Part shown: piece by piece, positions 21,824 to 31,291 of the stretch
Position numbering within the stretch: position 1 is the first letter of the stretch
Layout of the letters: each line of letters begins with the position of its first letter
Assembly (NCBI GenBank): GCA_003208875.1
Contig: QCUR01000002.1
Span: 64,001 to 128,000, forward strand
Direction of reading: 5' to 3'
Origin: Prochlorococcus sp. AG-679-M23
GTDB taxonomy: Bacteria > Cyanobacteriota > Cyanobacteriia > PCC-6307 > Cyanobiaceae
DNA: 64,000 bases
Position numbers and translations under genes: made by a program
Notes under the pieces: model-generated
What the model was told of the DNA's origin: nothing
The model's database searches: none
The model's input: only the letters and a program-made list of their open reading frames with translations

Positions 21824-23827
21824 ATGAATTCAAATCAAATCAAATCAAATAATAATCAAACCTTATCTCAAATAAAAAGATCAAATGAACCTGCTTTAAA
21901 AATTATTCCATTAGGGGGTCTTCATGAAATAGGAAAAAACACATGTGTTTTTGAATACGAAGATGACATAATTTTGATAGATGGTGGACTTGCTTTCCCA
22001 AGTGATGGCATGCATGGTGTGAACGTTGTTATGCCTGATACATCCTATTTACAAGCTAACTTAAATAGATTTCGTGGAATGATAGTAACTCATGGTCACG
22101 AAGATCATATTGGTGGAATTTCTCATCACTTAAAGAAATTTAATATTCCTGTGATTTATGGACCACCTTTAGCAATCTCAATGCTTAAAGGAAAAATGGA
22201 AGAAGCTGGAGTGGCTGATAGGACAACAACACAAACTATTCAACCAAGGCAAGTTGTCAGACTTGGCCAGCATTTTTCATTAGAATTTATACGTAATACT
22301 CACTCAATTGGAGATAGTTTTTCTCTAGCTCTAACTACTCCAGTAGGTGTTGTTTTCTTTACTGGAGACTTTAAATTTGATCATCTGCCACCTGATAATA
22401 AACATGCTGATATTGAAAGAATGGCATTTTATGGAGAGAAGGGTGTCCTTTGTTTGCTCTCAGACTCTACAAATTCTGAAGTAAAAGGTTTTGTTCCTTC
22501 AGAAATTTCTGTTTTTCCAAATTTAGATCGAATAATATCTGAAGCCAAAGGTAGAGTAATGCTAACCACTTTTGCAAGTTCAACCCACAGAGTTGCTATG
22601 GTGATCCAATTAGCAATGAAGCATGGACGTAAAATTGGATTGATGGGACGTTCAATGCTAAATGTTGTCGGAAAATGTCGTGAATTAGGTTATATCAAAT
22701 GTCCTGATGATCTCTTTTTCCCGATTAAAAGCATAAGAGATTTACCAGATAGAGAAACCCTACTCTTGATGACAGGTAGTCAAGGAGAGGTAATGGCTGC
22801 ATTAAGTAGGATTGGAAGAGATGAACACCCACACGTTAAACTTAAAACGACTGATACAGTTATTTTTTCTTCCAGCCCAATTCCTGGAAATACAATTTCT
22901 GTTGTTCACAGTATTGATAGATTAATTAAATTGGGAGCTAATGTTATTTATGGTAAAGAACATGGAATACATGTTTCTGGCCACGGATGTAGAGATGATC
23001 AAAGATTGATGCTTGCGTTAATTAAACCAAAGTTTTTTGTTCCCGTACATGGTGAATATAGAATGCAAGTTCTTCATGGTAAAACAGCTGAATCGATGGG
23101 AGTAGATCCTAATAATATACTCATCCTTGATAATGGAGATACTATTGAACTTAGATCTGATTCAATGATTCAAGGAGATCCAGTAAAGTCTGGAATTGAA
23201 ATGTTGGATAACACGAGAACTTGTGTAGTAGATGCAAGAGCATTAAAAGAGAGACAGCAGTTAGCAGATGATGGAATAGTTACTGTTTTAGCTCCTATAA
23301 GTACAGATGGTAATATGGTCGCTCCACCAAGAGTAAGTTTGAGAGGGGTAGTAATATCAGCTGATCCAAGAAAAATGTCAATGTGGACCGAAAGGGAGAT
23401 AAATTGGGTATTGGAAAACCGTTGGAAACAATTATCAAGACAAACAAGTCCCAATAGTTTTGAAGTTGATTGGATTGGGGTCCAAAGAGAGATTGAAAAT
23501 GGTTTAACTAGAAGAATGAGAAGAGAATTACAAGTTGAGCCATTAATATTATGTTTAGCTCAACCTGCACCAAGCGGAACCCGAGCTTATAAACCTCAAA
23601 TAGTTAATGAGCAAAATCAGCATCCAAAAAATAAACATTATCCAAATGTAAATAATCAAAATATAAACCGTAATCAAAATAATTATAAAAATAATCCATC
23701 TACTAAAAATACAAATCAAGCAAAGAATAATCAATCTGTAAAAGACTCAGTTAAGACTCCAGCAGCTAAGATAGAAGAGACACCTGTAGGTAGGACTAGA
23801 CGAAGGAGATCTGCAGTATCATCCTAG
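21824..23827 (+). CDS. rnj: Ribonuclease J
   Basis: PLGGLHEIGKN, THGHEDHIG, TGDFK, DSTN, HVSGH, PVHGE; long low-complexity C-tail. Confidence 0.96.
   Translation: MNSNQIKSNNNQTLSQIKRSNEPALKIIPLGGLHEIGKNTCVFEYEDDIILIDGGLAFPSDGMHGVNVVMPDTSYLQANLNRFRGMIVTHGHEDHIGGISHHLKKFNIPVIYGPPLAISMLKGKMEEAGVADRTTTQTIQPRQVVRLGQHFSLEFIRNTHSIGDSFSLALTTPVGVVFFTGDFKFDHLPPDNKHADIERMAFYGEKGVLCLLSDSTNSEVKGFVPSEISVFPNLDRIISEAKGRVMLTTFASSTHRVAMVIQLAMKHGRKIGLMGRSMLNVVGKCRELGYIKCPDDLFFPIKSIRDLPDRETLLLMTGSQGEVMAALSRIGRDEHPHVKLKTTDTVIFSSSPIPGNTISVVHSIDRLIKLGANVIYGKEHGIHVSGHGCRDDQRLMLALIKPKFFVPVHGEYRMQVLHGKTAESMGVDPNNILILDNGDTIELRSDSMIQGDPVKSGIEMLDNTRTCVVDARALKERQQLADDGIVTVLAPISTDGNMVAPPRVSLRGVVISADPRKMSMWTEREINWVLENRWKQLSRQTSPNSFEVDWIGVQREIENGLTRRMRRELQVEPLILCLAQPAPSGTRAYKPQIVNEQNQHPKNKHYPNVNNQNINRNQNNYKNNPSTKNTNQAKNNQSVKDSVKTPAAKIEETPVGRTRRRRSAVSS
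21831..21850 (+). repeat. (CAAAT)4 pentanucleotide microsatellite in the first codons of rnj
   Basis: caaatcaaatcaaatcaaat read directly. Confidence 0.9.
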
Positions 23828-24834
23828 TTTTTTTCTAGATTTATATAGTCCTTATTCCATATAATCTGTAGTCCATCTGGTAAATTTATCTGGCCTCTAT
23901 CTTTCTCAAAAATTGAAGAGGCTAAATTAGTTATATTTTTTGAGCTTAATTGTTTTCTACAATCCTTTTTTAGAAAAGTATTTAAGATAGTACATCTTGC
24001 TTCAATACATAAGCTATTTAATAATTCCCTCTTTATACCATTTGCATCTTCACAAGAAAGGTAAGCAAGCTTACTGAGGTCATTTTGTTCATTTTTATAA
24101 TTGCTCATTTTTTCTGCAAAATTATTTATCCTCATAGAACAACCAGGATACATATCTTCTAAAATAGGAATAATTTTTTTTCTGACTAAATTCCTTTTAA
24201 TTGTTAGATCATAGTTAGTCGGATCTTCCCAAATAGGAATGTTTTGAAGCTGGCAAAATTTCTTAGTATCTTCTCTGCTGAATATTAATAATGGTCTTAT
24301 TAAAAAAATGTGATGTTCAAGTAATCTTTTTTTGTCGATATAGCTTAGTCCTGCATAATTGCTTCCTCTAGCTAAATTTAATAAAAATGTTTCTGCATTA
24401 TCTGTGTTCGTATGACCCGTTAATAAGTAAATATCCATTTCTTTTTGATTCCCAATAAATAACTGATTTGCTCTTTCACTTAATTTCTTGTATCTCCAAT
24501 CTCGTGCTTTTTCTTCAGAAGAAATAGTTTTTTTATTAGCTCGATCAAAAAAAAACGAAATATTTTTTTTATTACAGTAACTTTTCAACTCAATTGCATA
24601 TTCTTCAGATTGTTCATGCCATTGATGATCTCCATGCCAAACATTCAAAACCCAATTATGGTGCATTTTCATATCGTTGATTAGGTTCAATAAAGCCATC
24701 GAATCTTGTCCTCCGGAGACTGCTAATAATAGATTTGCTCCATCCGGAATTAATTTTTTATTGCCTAAAATTTCTTTGTGCAGGATGTGGTGCCAAGATG
24801 TCCAATTTTTTTGCGATGAATTTTTATTAGACAT
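23824..24834 (-). CDS. tilS: tRNA(Ile)-lysidine synthetase
   Basis: PP-loop AVSGGQDSMAL, EEKARDWRY, TGHTNTDNAET, IRPLL, WEDPTN. Confidence 0.95.
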   Translation of the reverse strand: MSNKNSSQKNWTSWHHILHKEILGNKKLIPDGANLLLAVSGGQDSMALLNLINDMKMHHNWVLNVWHGDHQWHEQSEEYAIELKSYCNKKNISFFFDRANKKTISSEEKARDWRYKKLSERANQLFIGNQKEMDIYLLTGHTNTDNAETFLLNLARGSNYAGLSYIDKKRLLEHHIFLIRPLLIFSREDTKKFCQLQNIPIWEDPTNYDLTIKRNLVRKKIIPILEDMYPGCSMRINNFAEKMSNYKNEQNDLSKLAYLSCEDANGIKRELLNSLCIEARCTILNTFLKKDCRKQLSSKNITNLASSIFEKDRGQINLPDGLQIIWNKDYINLEKN

Positions 24835-24919
24835 ATTGTTTAACTCAGATAATATTTTTAAAAAAATTCACTGTTTTAATAAAACAATGTCACAATCAGG
24901 TAATAAATTCATCAAGTCT

Positions 24920-25696
24920 ATGAGTCTGATTAATCTTTTGCCACAAAAAATTCAAGAAGAGCTTAGCAGTAAATCTTTACTCAAAGTTATTTCAGGATTA
25001 AGTAATTTTGAGATCCAATCTGTTAAGAAAATTTCAGAAGCAGCTTCTATTGGGGGAGCTGATTTAATTGATATAGCTTGTAAACCAGAATTAGTTGAAT
25101 CTGCGATAAAGATATCATCATTACCAATTTGCGTAAGTTCTGTAGAGCCTAAATTATTTATAAATTCAGTAAAGGCGGGAGCTTCTTTAATAGAAATAGG
25201 CAACTACGATACTTTTTATGACGAAGGTATTACTTTCTCGGAGGAGAAGATTTTAAATCTTACAAAAGAAACTAAAGATTTTTTACCTAATATTCCTTTA
25301 TCAGTGACAGTTCCTCATACTTTGCCTATTGATAAGCAAGTTGATCTTGCAATAAAATTAGTTTTTGAAGGTGCTGATATTATTCAAACTGAAGGAGGGA
25401 AAAATGCCAAACCATATAGTTCAGGAATTCAAGGATTGTTAGAAAAGTCAGTTCCTACACTGGCCTCTACTTATGCAATATTTAAAGAATTTGAGAAACA
25501 GTCTATTAATATTCCAATTATGAGTGCTTCAGGCTTAAGCGAGGTGACATGTCCTTTGGCAGTATCATGTGGAGCTTCCGCAGTTGGAGTTGGCTCTGTA
25601 GTTAATAAATTAGATGATTTAATATCCATGATAGCTGTTGTTAGAGGCCTAAAAGAATCTTTGAGAAATTCAATGATTAAGGAAAAAGTTTCCTAA
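24920..25696 (+). CDS. ycf23: Ycf23/DUF561 family TIM-barrel protein
   Basis: LKVISGLSNF, EIGNYDTFY, SVTVPH, IQTEGG, ASGLS; likely start ATG 24920 (track start 24677 overlaps tilS). Confidence 0.85.
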   Translation: MSLINLLPQKIQEELSSKSLLKVISGLSNFEIQSVKKISEAASIGGADLIDIACKPELVESAIKISSLPICVSSVEPKLFINSVKAGASLIEIGNYDTFYDEGITFSEEKILNLTKETKDFLPNIPLSVTVPHTLPIDKQVDLAIKLVFEGADIIQTEGGKNAKPYSSGIQGLLEKSVPTLASTYAIFKEFEKQSINIPIMSASGLSEVTCPLAVSCGASAVGVGSVVNKLDDLISMIAVVRGLKESLRNSMIKEKVS

Positions 25697-25724
25697 TATA
25701 AATTAATATCAAGCTATTAGCTGA

Positions 25725-27764
25725 ATGAATAACTATAAGCTTCAAGCACCCTACGAACCAAATGGTGATCAACCTAAAGCCATTCAAAAGTTAGTGCGAG
25801 GAGTTAATAGTGGTAAAGAGTTTCAGACTCTTTTGGGGGCAACTGGAACTGGAAAAACTTTCACTATTGCTAATGTCATCGAGCAAACTGGAAGACCAGC
25901 ACTTATTCTCGCTCATAATAAAACTTTAGCAGCTCAATTATGCAATGAATTAAGGCAATTTTTTCCTAAAAATGCAGTTGAATACTTTATTTCCTACTAT
26001 GATTATTATCAGCCTGAAGCTTATGTACCAGTAAGTGATACATATATAGCAAAAACCGCTTCAATTAATGAAGAAATTGATATGCTTAGGCATTCGGCTA
26101 CTAGATCTTTATTTGAGAGGAAAGATGTAATTGTTGTTGCATCAATTAGTTGCATTTATGGTCTAGGAATACCAAGTGAATATTTAAAAGCTGCTGTTAA
26201 ATTTGTTGTTGGTAAATCTATAAATTTACGTTCTTCTTTAAGAGCACTTGTGGATAATCAATATACAAGAAATGATGTAGAAATTACTAGAGGAAGATTT
26301 AGAATTAAGGGAGATGTATTAGAAATTGGTCCAGCTTATGAAGATAGATTGATAAGAATTGAATTGTTTGGAGATGAGATTGAGGCTATTAGATTTGTTG
26401 ATCCATTAACTGGAGAGATTCTTGAGAGTCTCGATCAAGTAAGTGTTTACCCAGCCAAGCATTTTGTCACTCCAAAAGAGAGACTAGAAGCTGCAATTAG
26501 TGCTATTAGAAGTGAATTAAAAGAACAACTCGATAAATTTGCATATGAAGGAAAGTTGTTGGAGGCTCAGCGTTTAGAACAACGCACAAAATATGATTTG
26601 GAAATGCTTAGAGAAGTTGGATATTGTAATGGCGTTGAAAATTATGCACGTCATTTAGCTGGTAGAGAAGAAGGAACTCCACCGGAATGTTTAATAGATT
26701 ATTTCCCAAAAGATTGGTTATTAGTAGTCGATGAAAGTCACGTAACATGTCCGCAATTACATGCAATGTATAACGGAGACCAAGCTAGAAAAAAGGTATT
26801 AATAGATCATGGTTTTAGGTTGCCGAGCGCTGCAGATAATAGACCTTTAAAGTGTGAAGAATTTTGGGAAAAATCCCGACAGACATTGTTTATTAGTGCC
26901 ACGCCTGGCCAATGGGAGTTGGATCAATGCGAAGGTAAGTTTATTGAACAAGTTATAAGACCGACAGGAGTTTTAGATCCTATCATTGATGTAAGGCCTA
27001 GTGATGGACAAATTGATGATCTTTTATCAGAAATAAGAGTTAGAGCTAAAAAGAATCAAAGAGTACTTGTTACTACTCTTACAAAAAGGATGGCAGAAGA
27101 CCTTACAGATTTTTTATCGGATAATAAAGTTAGAGTGAGATATTTGCATTCTGAAATTCATTCGATTGAAAGGATAGAGATTATTCAAGATCTTAGATTG
27201 GGCGAATATGATGTACTAGTGGGAGTCAATTTGCTAAGGGAAGGACTTGATTTGCCTGAGGTTTCTTTAGTGGCTATTTTAGATGCAGATAAAGAAGGTT
27301 TTTTGAGAGCAGAGCGATCGTTAATTCAAACTATTGGAAGAGCGGCAAGACATATTGAAGGAGTTGCTTTGCTTTATGCAGACAACTTTACCGAATCAAT
27401 GAAAAAAGCGATATCTGAAACTGATAGAAGAAGAACTATCCAAAAAAAATATAATCAGATCAATGGTATTACTCCAAAACCTGCAGGTAAGAAAATAGAA
27501 AATTCAATATTATCTTTTTTAGAGCTTTCTAGAAAATTAGATGCAGGAGGATTCTCTAAAGATATGATAAATATTGTAAGTAATAAAACAGATGAAATTT
27601 TAAATGCTAAAGATAATCAATGTCTATTGGATGAAATGCCAAGTTTAATTGATAAGTTAGAAAATAAAATGAAAGATGCAGCAAAAGAATTAAATTTTGA
27701 AGAGGCAGCAAATCTTAGAGATAGAATTAAGAAACTCAGGCAAAAATTATCTAGAAATAGTTAA
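25725..27764 (+). CDS. uvrB: Excinuclease ABC subunit B
   Basis: [27 protein letters not shown]-terminal UVR motif. Confidence 0.98.
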   Translation: MNNYKLQAPYEPNGDQPKAIQKLVRGVNSGKEFQTLLGATGTGKTFTIANVIEQTGRPALILAHNKTLAAQLCNELRQFFPKNAVEYFISYYDYYQPEAYVPVSDTYIAKTASINEEIDMLRHSATRSLFERKDVIVVASISCIYGLGIPSEYLKAAVKFVVGKSINLRSSLRALVDNQYTRNDVEITRGRFRIKGDVLEIGPAYEDRLIRIELFGDEIEAIRFVDPLTGEILESLDQVSVYPAKHFVTPKERLEAAISAIRSELKEQLDKFAYEGKLLEAQRLEQRTKYDLEMLREVGYCNGVENYARHLAGREEGTPPECLIDYFPKDWLLVVDESHVTCPQLHAMYNGDQARKKVLIDHGFRLPSAADNRPLKCEEFWEKSRQTLFISATPGQWELDQCEGKFIEQVIRPTGVLDPIIDVRPSDGQIDDLLSEIRVRAKKNQRVLVTTLTKRMAEDLTDFLSDNKVRVRYLHSEIHSIERIEIIQDLRLGEYDVLVGVNLLREGLDLPEVSLVAILDADKEGFLRAERSLIQTIGRAARHIEGVALLYADNFTESMKKAISETDRRRTIQKKYNQINGITPKPAGKKIENSILSFLELSRKLDAGGFSKDMINIVSNKTDEILNAKDNQCLLDEMPSLIDKLENKMKDAAKELNFEEAANLRDRIKKLRQKLSRNS

Positions 27765-27773
27765 TTAAATTAT

Positions 27774-29534
27774 TTATTTATCTAATTGGAAATAAGAATG
27801 AATGGCATTTACTGCTTGGTCGCAGTCTTTTTCTAAAACAATACAAGAAGTTCTTATTTCACTTGTAGCAATCATTTCAATATTAATATTTTTATTAGCA
27901 AGTGCTCTAAATATTTTCCCAGCTGTTCCAACTTTATATGCCATTCCAGCTCCAACTGTGCTTACTTTAGCTATTGCTGGTCCATCTTCGATAAATGATC
28001 CTTGTAATTTTTTTGTTAAAGAGTGGAAAATTGTATTAGATCTTTCTCTATCTTGTTTGTTCATGGTAAAACTAATGTCTTTGGTTTTGAATGATGTGAG
28101 CCTTTCAGATTGAACAATAGTATCAAAAATTAAATTATTCTCCGCGAGAGCTAAACATATTGAAGCTGCCACACCAGGTTTGTCAGGTAGGTTACGAATG
28201 CTAACTTGAACTTGATTTTTATCTAATGCAATTCCTCTTACCTCAGGCAGATCCTCTCTCGCAATTACTGGATTAATAAATATTTGTTTATCAGATAATT
28301 TAAATTTTTCACCGACAAATCTAATAGCTTTTGGCATATTGTCAATATCAATTACGCAGCTGACTTTGATTTCGCTGGTAGCTATCAATCTTATATTTAT
28401 GTTTGCATTAGATAAAGTATCAAATAAATCAGCCGATACACTTGGTCTCCCCATTATTCCAGCTCCTTGAATACTTAACTTTGTCATATTTGTTTTGAAA
28501 TTATATTCGCCACCTAATTGATTTGTTATCAATTTACATTGATCAATTGTTTTTGTTAAGTCAGACTCATTAACTGTAAATGCAATATCATTACTTTTCC
28601 CATCATGTGTAGCTTGGATTATTAAATCAACATTAATTCTCGCTTCAGACAATGTTTCAAATATTTGAGCTGCAATTCCAGGGCTATCAGGTAGGTTGGA
28701 AATACTAAATACGGTTTGGTGTTCTAATACTTCAAGACTATTAACAGTTTTTGTTAATTCTAATCCTCCTCTTTTTAGAGCTAATGGTTTTATTTTGCTA
28801 TGTAGAAGAGTGCCATTTGAGAGGGTTTGACTCGATTTAACATATAATTTAATTCCATAATTGCGAGCAATTTCTACAGCTCTTGGATGAAGTACTGAAG
28901 CCCCAACGCTTGCAAGTTCTAGCATCTCTTCACAACTAATAATATCTAATAATTTTGCATTAGGTACAATTCTTGGATCAGTGGTAAGAACCCCAGGAAC
29001 ATCAGTATATATCTCGCATGTCTCTGCACCTAATGCTGTGGAGAGTGCTACTGCTGAAGTATCCGACCCCCCTCTTCCCAAAGTTGTTATTTCCATTGAT
29101 CCAGTATGACTTAGTGTGGAGCCTTGAAACCCAGCAACTACTACTACATAACCTTGATCTATATAGTTTTGTATTCTTTCTGTTTTGATATCTAGAATTC
29201 TTGCTTTCCCATGAATTGATTCAGTAACAATTCCAACTTGGCTACCTGTCAAAGATATTGCAGGAATTCCATATTCATTTAATGACATTGATAGAAGTGC
29301 CATAGTTACTTGCTCACCTGTAGAGAGGAGCATATCTAATTCTCGGCTATTGGGATTTTTGCTAATTGATTCTGCTAACTTATTTAAGTGATCTGTAGAA
29401 TTACCCATTGCAGATACAACTACGACGATATCATTTCCAGCTTCTTTACTTTGAACAATATTTTGGGCAATCATTTTAATTTTTTCAATATCTTCAACAG
29501 AAGTGCCGCCAAATTTTTTGATTAATAAAGCCAT
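27774..29534 (-). CDS. lysC: Aspartate kinase (cyanobacterial type, duplicated ACT region)
   Basis: KFGGTSV, VVSAMG, TLGRGGSD, DPR; IATSEI motif appears twice. Confidence 0.96.
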   Translation of the reverse strand: MALLIKKFGGTSVEDIEKIKMIAQNIVQSKEAGNDIVVVVSAMGNSTDHLNKLAESISKNPNSRELDMLLSTGEQVTMALLSMSLNEYGIPAISLTGSQVGIVTESIHGKARILDIKTERIQNYIDQGYVVVVAGFQGSTLSHTGSMEITTLGRGGSDTSAVALSTALGAETCEIYTDVPGVLTTDPRIVPNAKLLDIISCEEMLELASVGASVLHPRAVEIARNYGIKLYVKSSQTLSNGTLLHSKIKPLALKRGGLELTKTVNSLEVLEHQTVFSISNLPDSPGIAAQIFETLSEARINVDLIIQATHDGKSNDIAFTVNESDLTKTIDQCKLITNQLGGEYNFKTNMTKLSIQGAGIMGRPSVSADLFDTLSNANINIRLIATSEIKVSCVIDIDNMPKAIRFVGEKFKLSDKQIFINPVIAREDLPEVRGIALDKNQVQVSIRNLPDKPGVAASICLALAENNLIFDTIVQSERLTSFKTKDISFTMNKQDRERSNTIFHSLTKKLQGSFIEDGPAIAKVSTVGAGMAYKVGTAGKIFRALANKNINIEMIATSEIRTSCIVLEKDCDQAVNAIHSYFQLDK

Positions 29535-29573
29535 ATTTAAATCATAATATAAATTATCAAACTTAATATTTGA

Positions 29574-30575
29574 TTAACTTAAGTTAACGAGATTTTCGGT
29601 AAAAACATTAATAGGATTATTGCCTTTTTTTAGTGATGATTCAATATCTAGTAAATTACTCATCAATTTAATTAAGAAAGCTGAGGATGTATTGTTTACT
29701 TTTTTACGGATAAAAAAAATTCTTTTTGGGTTAGATATATTTGCAAGTTTGCATATTTTTGATAAATCTTGCTCACCAGATTTATGAAGTAATTTTACTA
29801 TTGTATGCATTCTGATTTGACTTATTAATCCCGCATTGAGCCTTAAAGCAGGTTCTCCTTTTTTTAATAAATAATGGATTTCTATAAGACCCTCATAAAT
29901 ACTATTTTGTAAAAGATTATCGATTATTTTAAAAATATTTGACTGATGATCTTTAAATATTTCTTTTACATCATCACTTTTTAAAATAAGTACTTTGTTT
30001 TCATGACTATTCGATGCAGATAGATATATCTTTGCTTTAGCTAATTCGCTCATTAAGTTAAAACTATCATTTCCAACTGAATTAATAATTAAATCAGCGG
30101 TCCCTTTATCTAGATGAATATTCATCGAATTTGCAGTGGCTTCTATGTATCTTTTCTGGCCTTCAAAATCCCATATATCGGGAAATGAAAAAGAGGTTTC
30201 AATTACTAAATCTTTTTTTATTAAATTTCGAATAAATTTTGTACTCTTTAGTCTTGAATCTGGTTGTTTTGTATTTTGTAAAAGAAAGTAAGTGTTACTT
30301 GGAATGTTTTGATGAATTTTTTCAAATTTGAGTCTTAATTCCTCATTTTTATTTGTGAATAATGGGTTATTTTTTAATACAACAACTCGAGATCCATCCC
30401 CTAAAGGAGGTGTTAGTACCTCGTCAAATGCTTGTTTTATTTGATTATCATCATCACCATTTAAGTAACTTATATTTATTTCCCCCCATGTTTTGGATAC
30501 TTTTTCATCAATTATTTTTTTTATAAACTTGTTACTTGCATTTAAATCATTTCCCCATATTAATTGTATTGGCAT
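29574..30575 (-). CDS. holA: DNA polymerase III subunit delta
   Basis: MPIQLIWGND, TPPLGDGSRVV, PDSRLK, ELAK, LLDIESSLKKG pattern. Confidence 0.85.
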   Translation of the reverse strand: MPIQLIWGNDLNASNKFIKKIIDEKVSKTWGEINISYLNGDDDNQIKQAFDEVLTPPLGDGSRVVVLKNNPLFTNKNEELRLKFEKIHQNIPSNTYFLLQNTKQPDSRLKSTKFIRNLIKKDLVIETSFSFPDIWDFEGQKRYIEATANSMNIHLDKGTADLIINSVGNDSFNLMSELAKAKIYLSASNSHENKVLILKSDDVKEIFKDHQSNIFKIIDNLLQNSIYEGLIEIHYLLKKGEPALRLNAGLISQIRMHTIVKLLHKSGEQDLSKICKLANISNPKRIFFIRKKVNNTSSAFLIKLMSNLLDIESSLKKGNNPINVFTENLVNLS

Positions 30576-30637
30576 ATTTGCAAAAAAGAATCTTATTATA
30601 ATTATGCTTTCTTTAAGATAAAATAAATTAAATTTTA

Positions 30638-31261
30638 ATGATAAAAGATCATCCTATTTTTTTAGAAAGTATTAGGTTTATTAAATCTAATTTGATTGAA
30701 AATAATTTTAATTACTTGGAAAGTAAAGTTTTAGAGAGATTAGTGCATACTTCAGGTGATTTTAATATTCAGAAACTTTTGGAGTTTAGTCAAGGGGCGT
30801 GTGAAAAAGCTGTTAAATCTCTTAAAGCTGGAGCACCAATATTAACTGATACTGATATGGCTGCAGCAGCTATTAAATCAATGGCAAAAAATACAAACGG
30901 AAACTCAGTTGTTTCGGCAAAACATTGGTTTGATGATAGAGATTTATCAGGCTTTACAAAAACTGCTTATGGGATTGAAAAAGGTTGGATTGAATTATCT
31001 GCTAAAAATTTAGGATGTCAATCGCCAATTATTGTTATTGGAAGTTCTCCAACTGCATTAGTCAATTTATTAGAGATATTACAGAATTCACAACAGATTC
31101 CTAGTTTAATTATTGGCATGCCTGTAGGGTTTATTGGTGTTAGGGAAAGTAAAAAAAAATTGCTCAACACTAATTATCCTAGAATTGTTATGAACTCTAC
31201 GAGAGGAGGGGCCGCAATGGCCGCAGCAGCTGTTAATGCATTATTAAGAGAAACTATTTAA
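30638..31261 (+). CDS. cobH: Precorrin-8X methylmutase
   Basis: RLVHTSGDF, IGSSPTAL, GMPVGFIG, RGGAAMAAAAVNAL. Confidence 0.94.
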   Translation: MIKDHPIFLESIRFIKSNLIENNFNYLESKVLERLVHTSGDFNIQKLLEFSQGACEKAVKSLKAGAPILTDTDMAAAAIKSMAKNTNGNSVVSAKHWFDDRDLSGFTKTAYGIEKGWIELSAKNLGCQSPIIVIGSSPTALVNLLEILQNSQQIPSLIIGMPVGFIGVRESKKKLLNTNYPRIVMNSTRGGAAMAAAAVNALLRETI

Positions 31262-31291
31262 AATAAATTTTATAAAATACATTTAAAAATT

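Noticed and set aside
24677..24919. 81-aa N-terminal extension of the Ycf23 ORF
   Set aside because: Overlaps the tilS 5' end on the opposite strand; family-like sequence begins near ATG 24920
27774..28760. Internal duplication in LysC
   Set aside because: The four-ACT architecture is the known cyanobacterial aspartate kinase form
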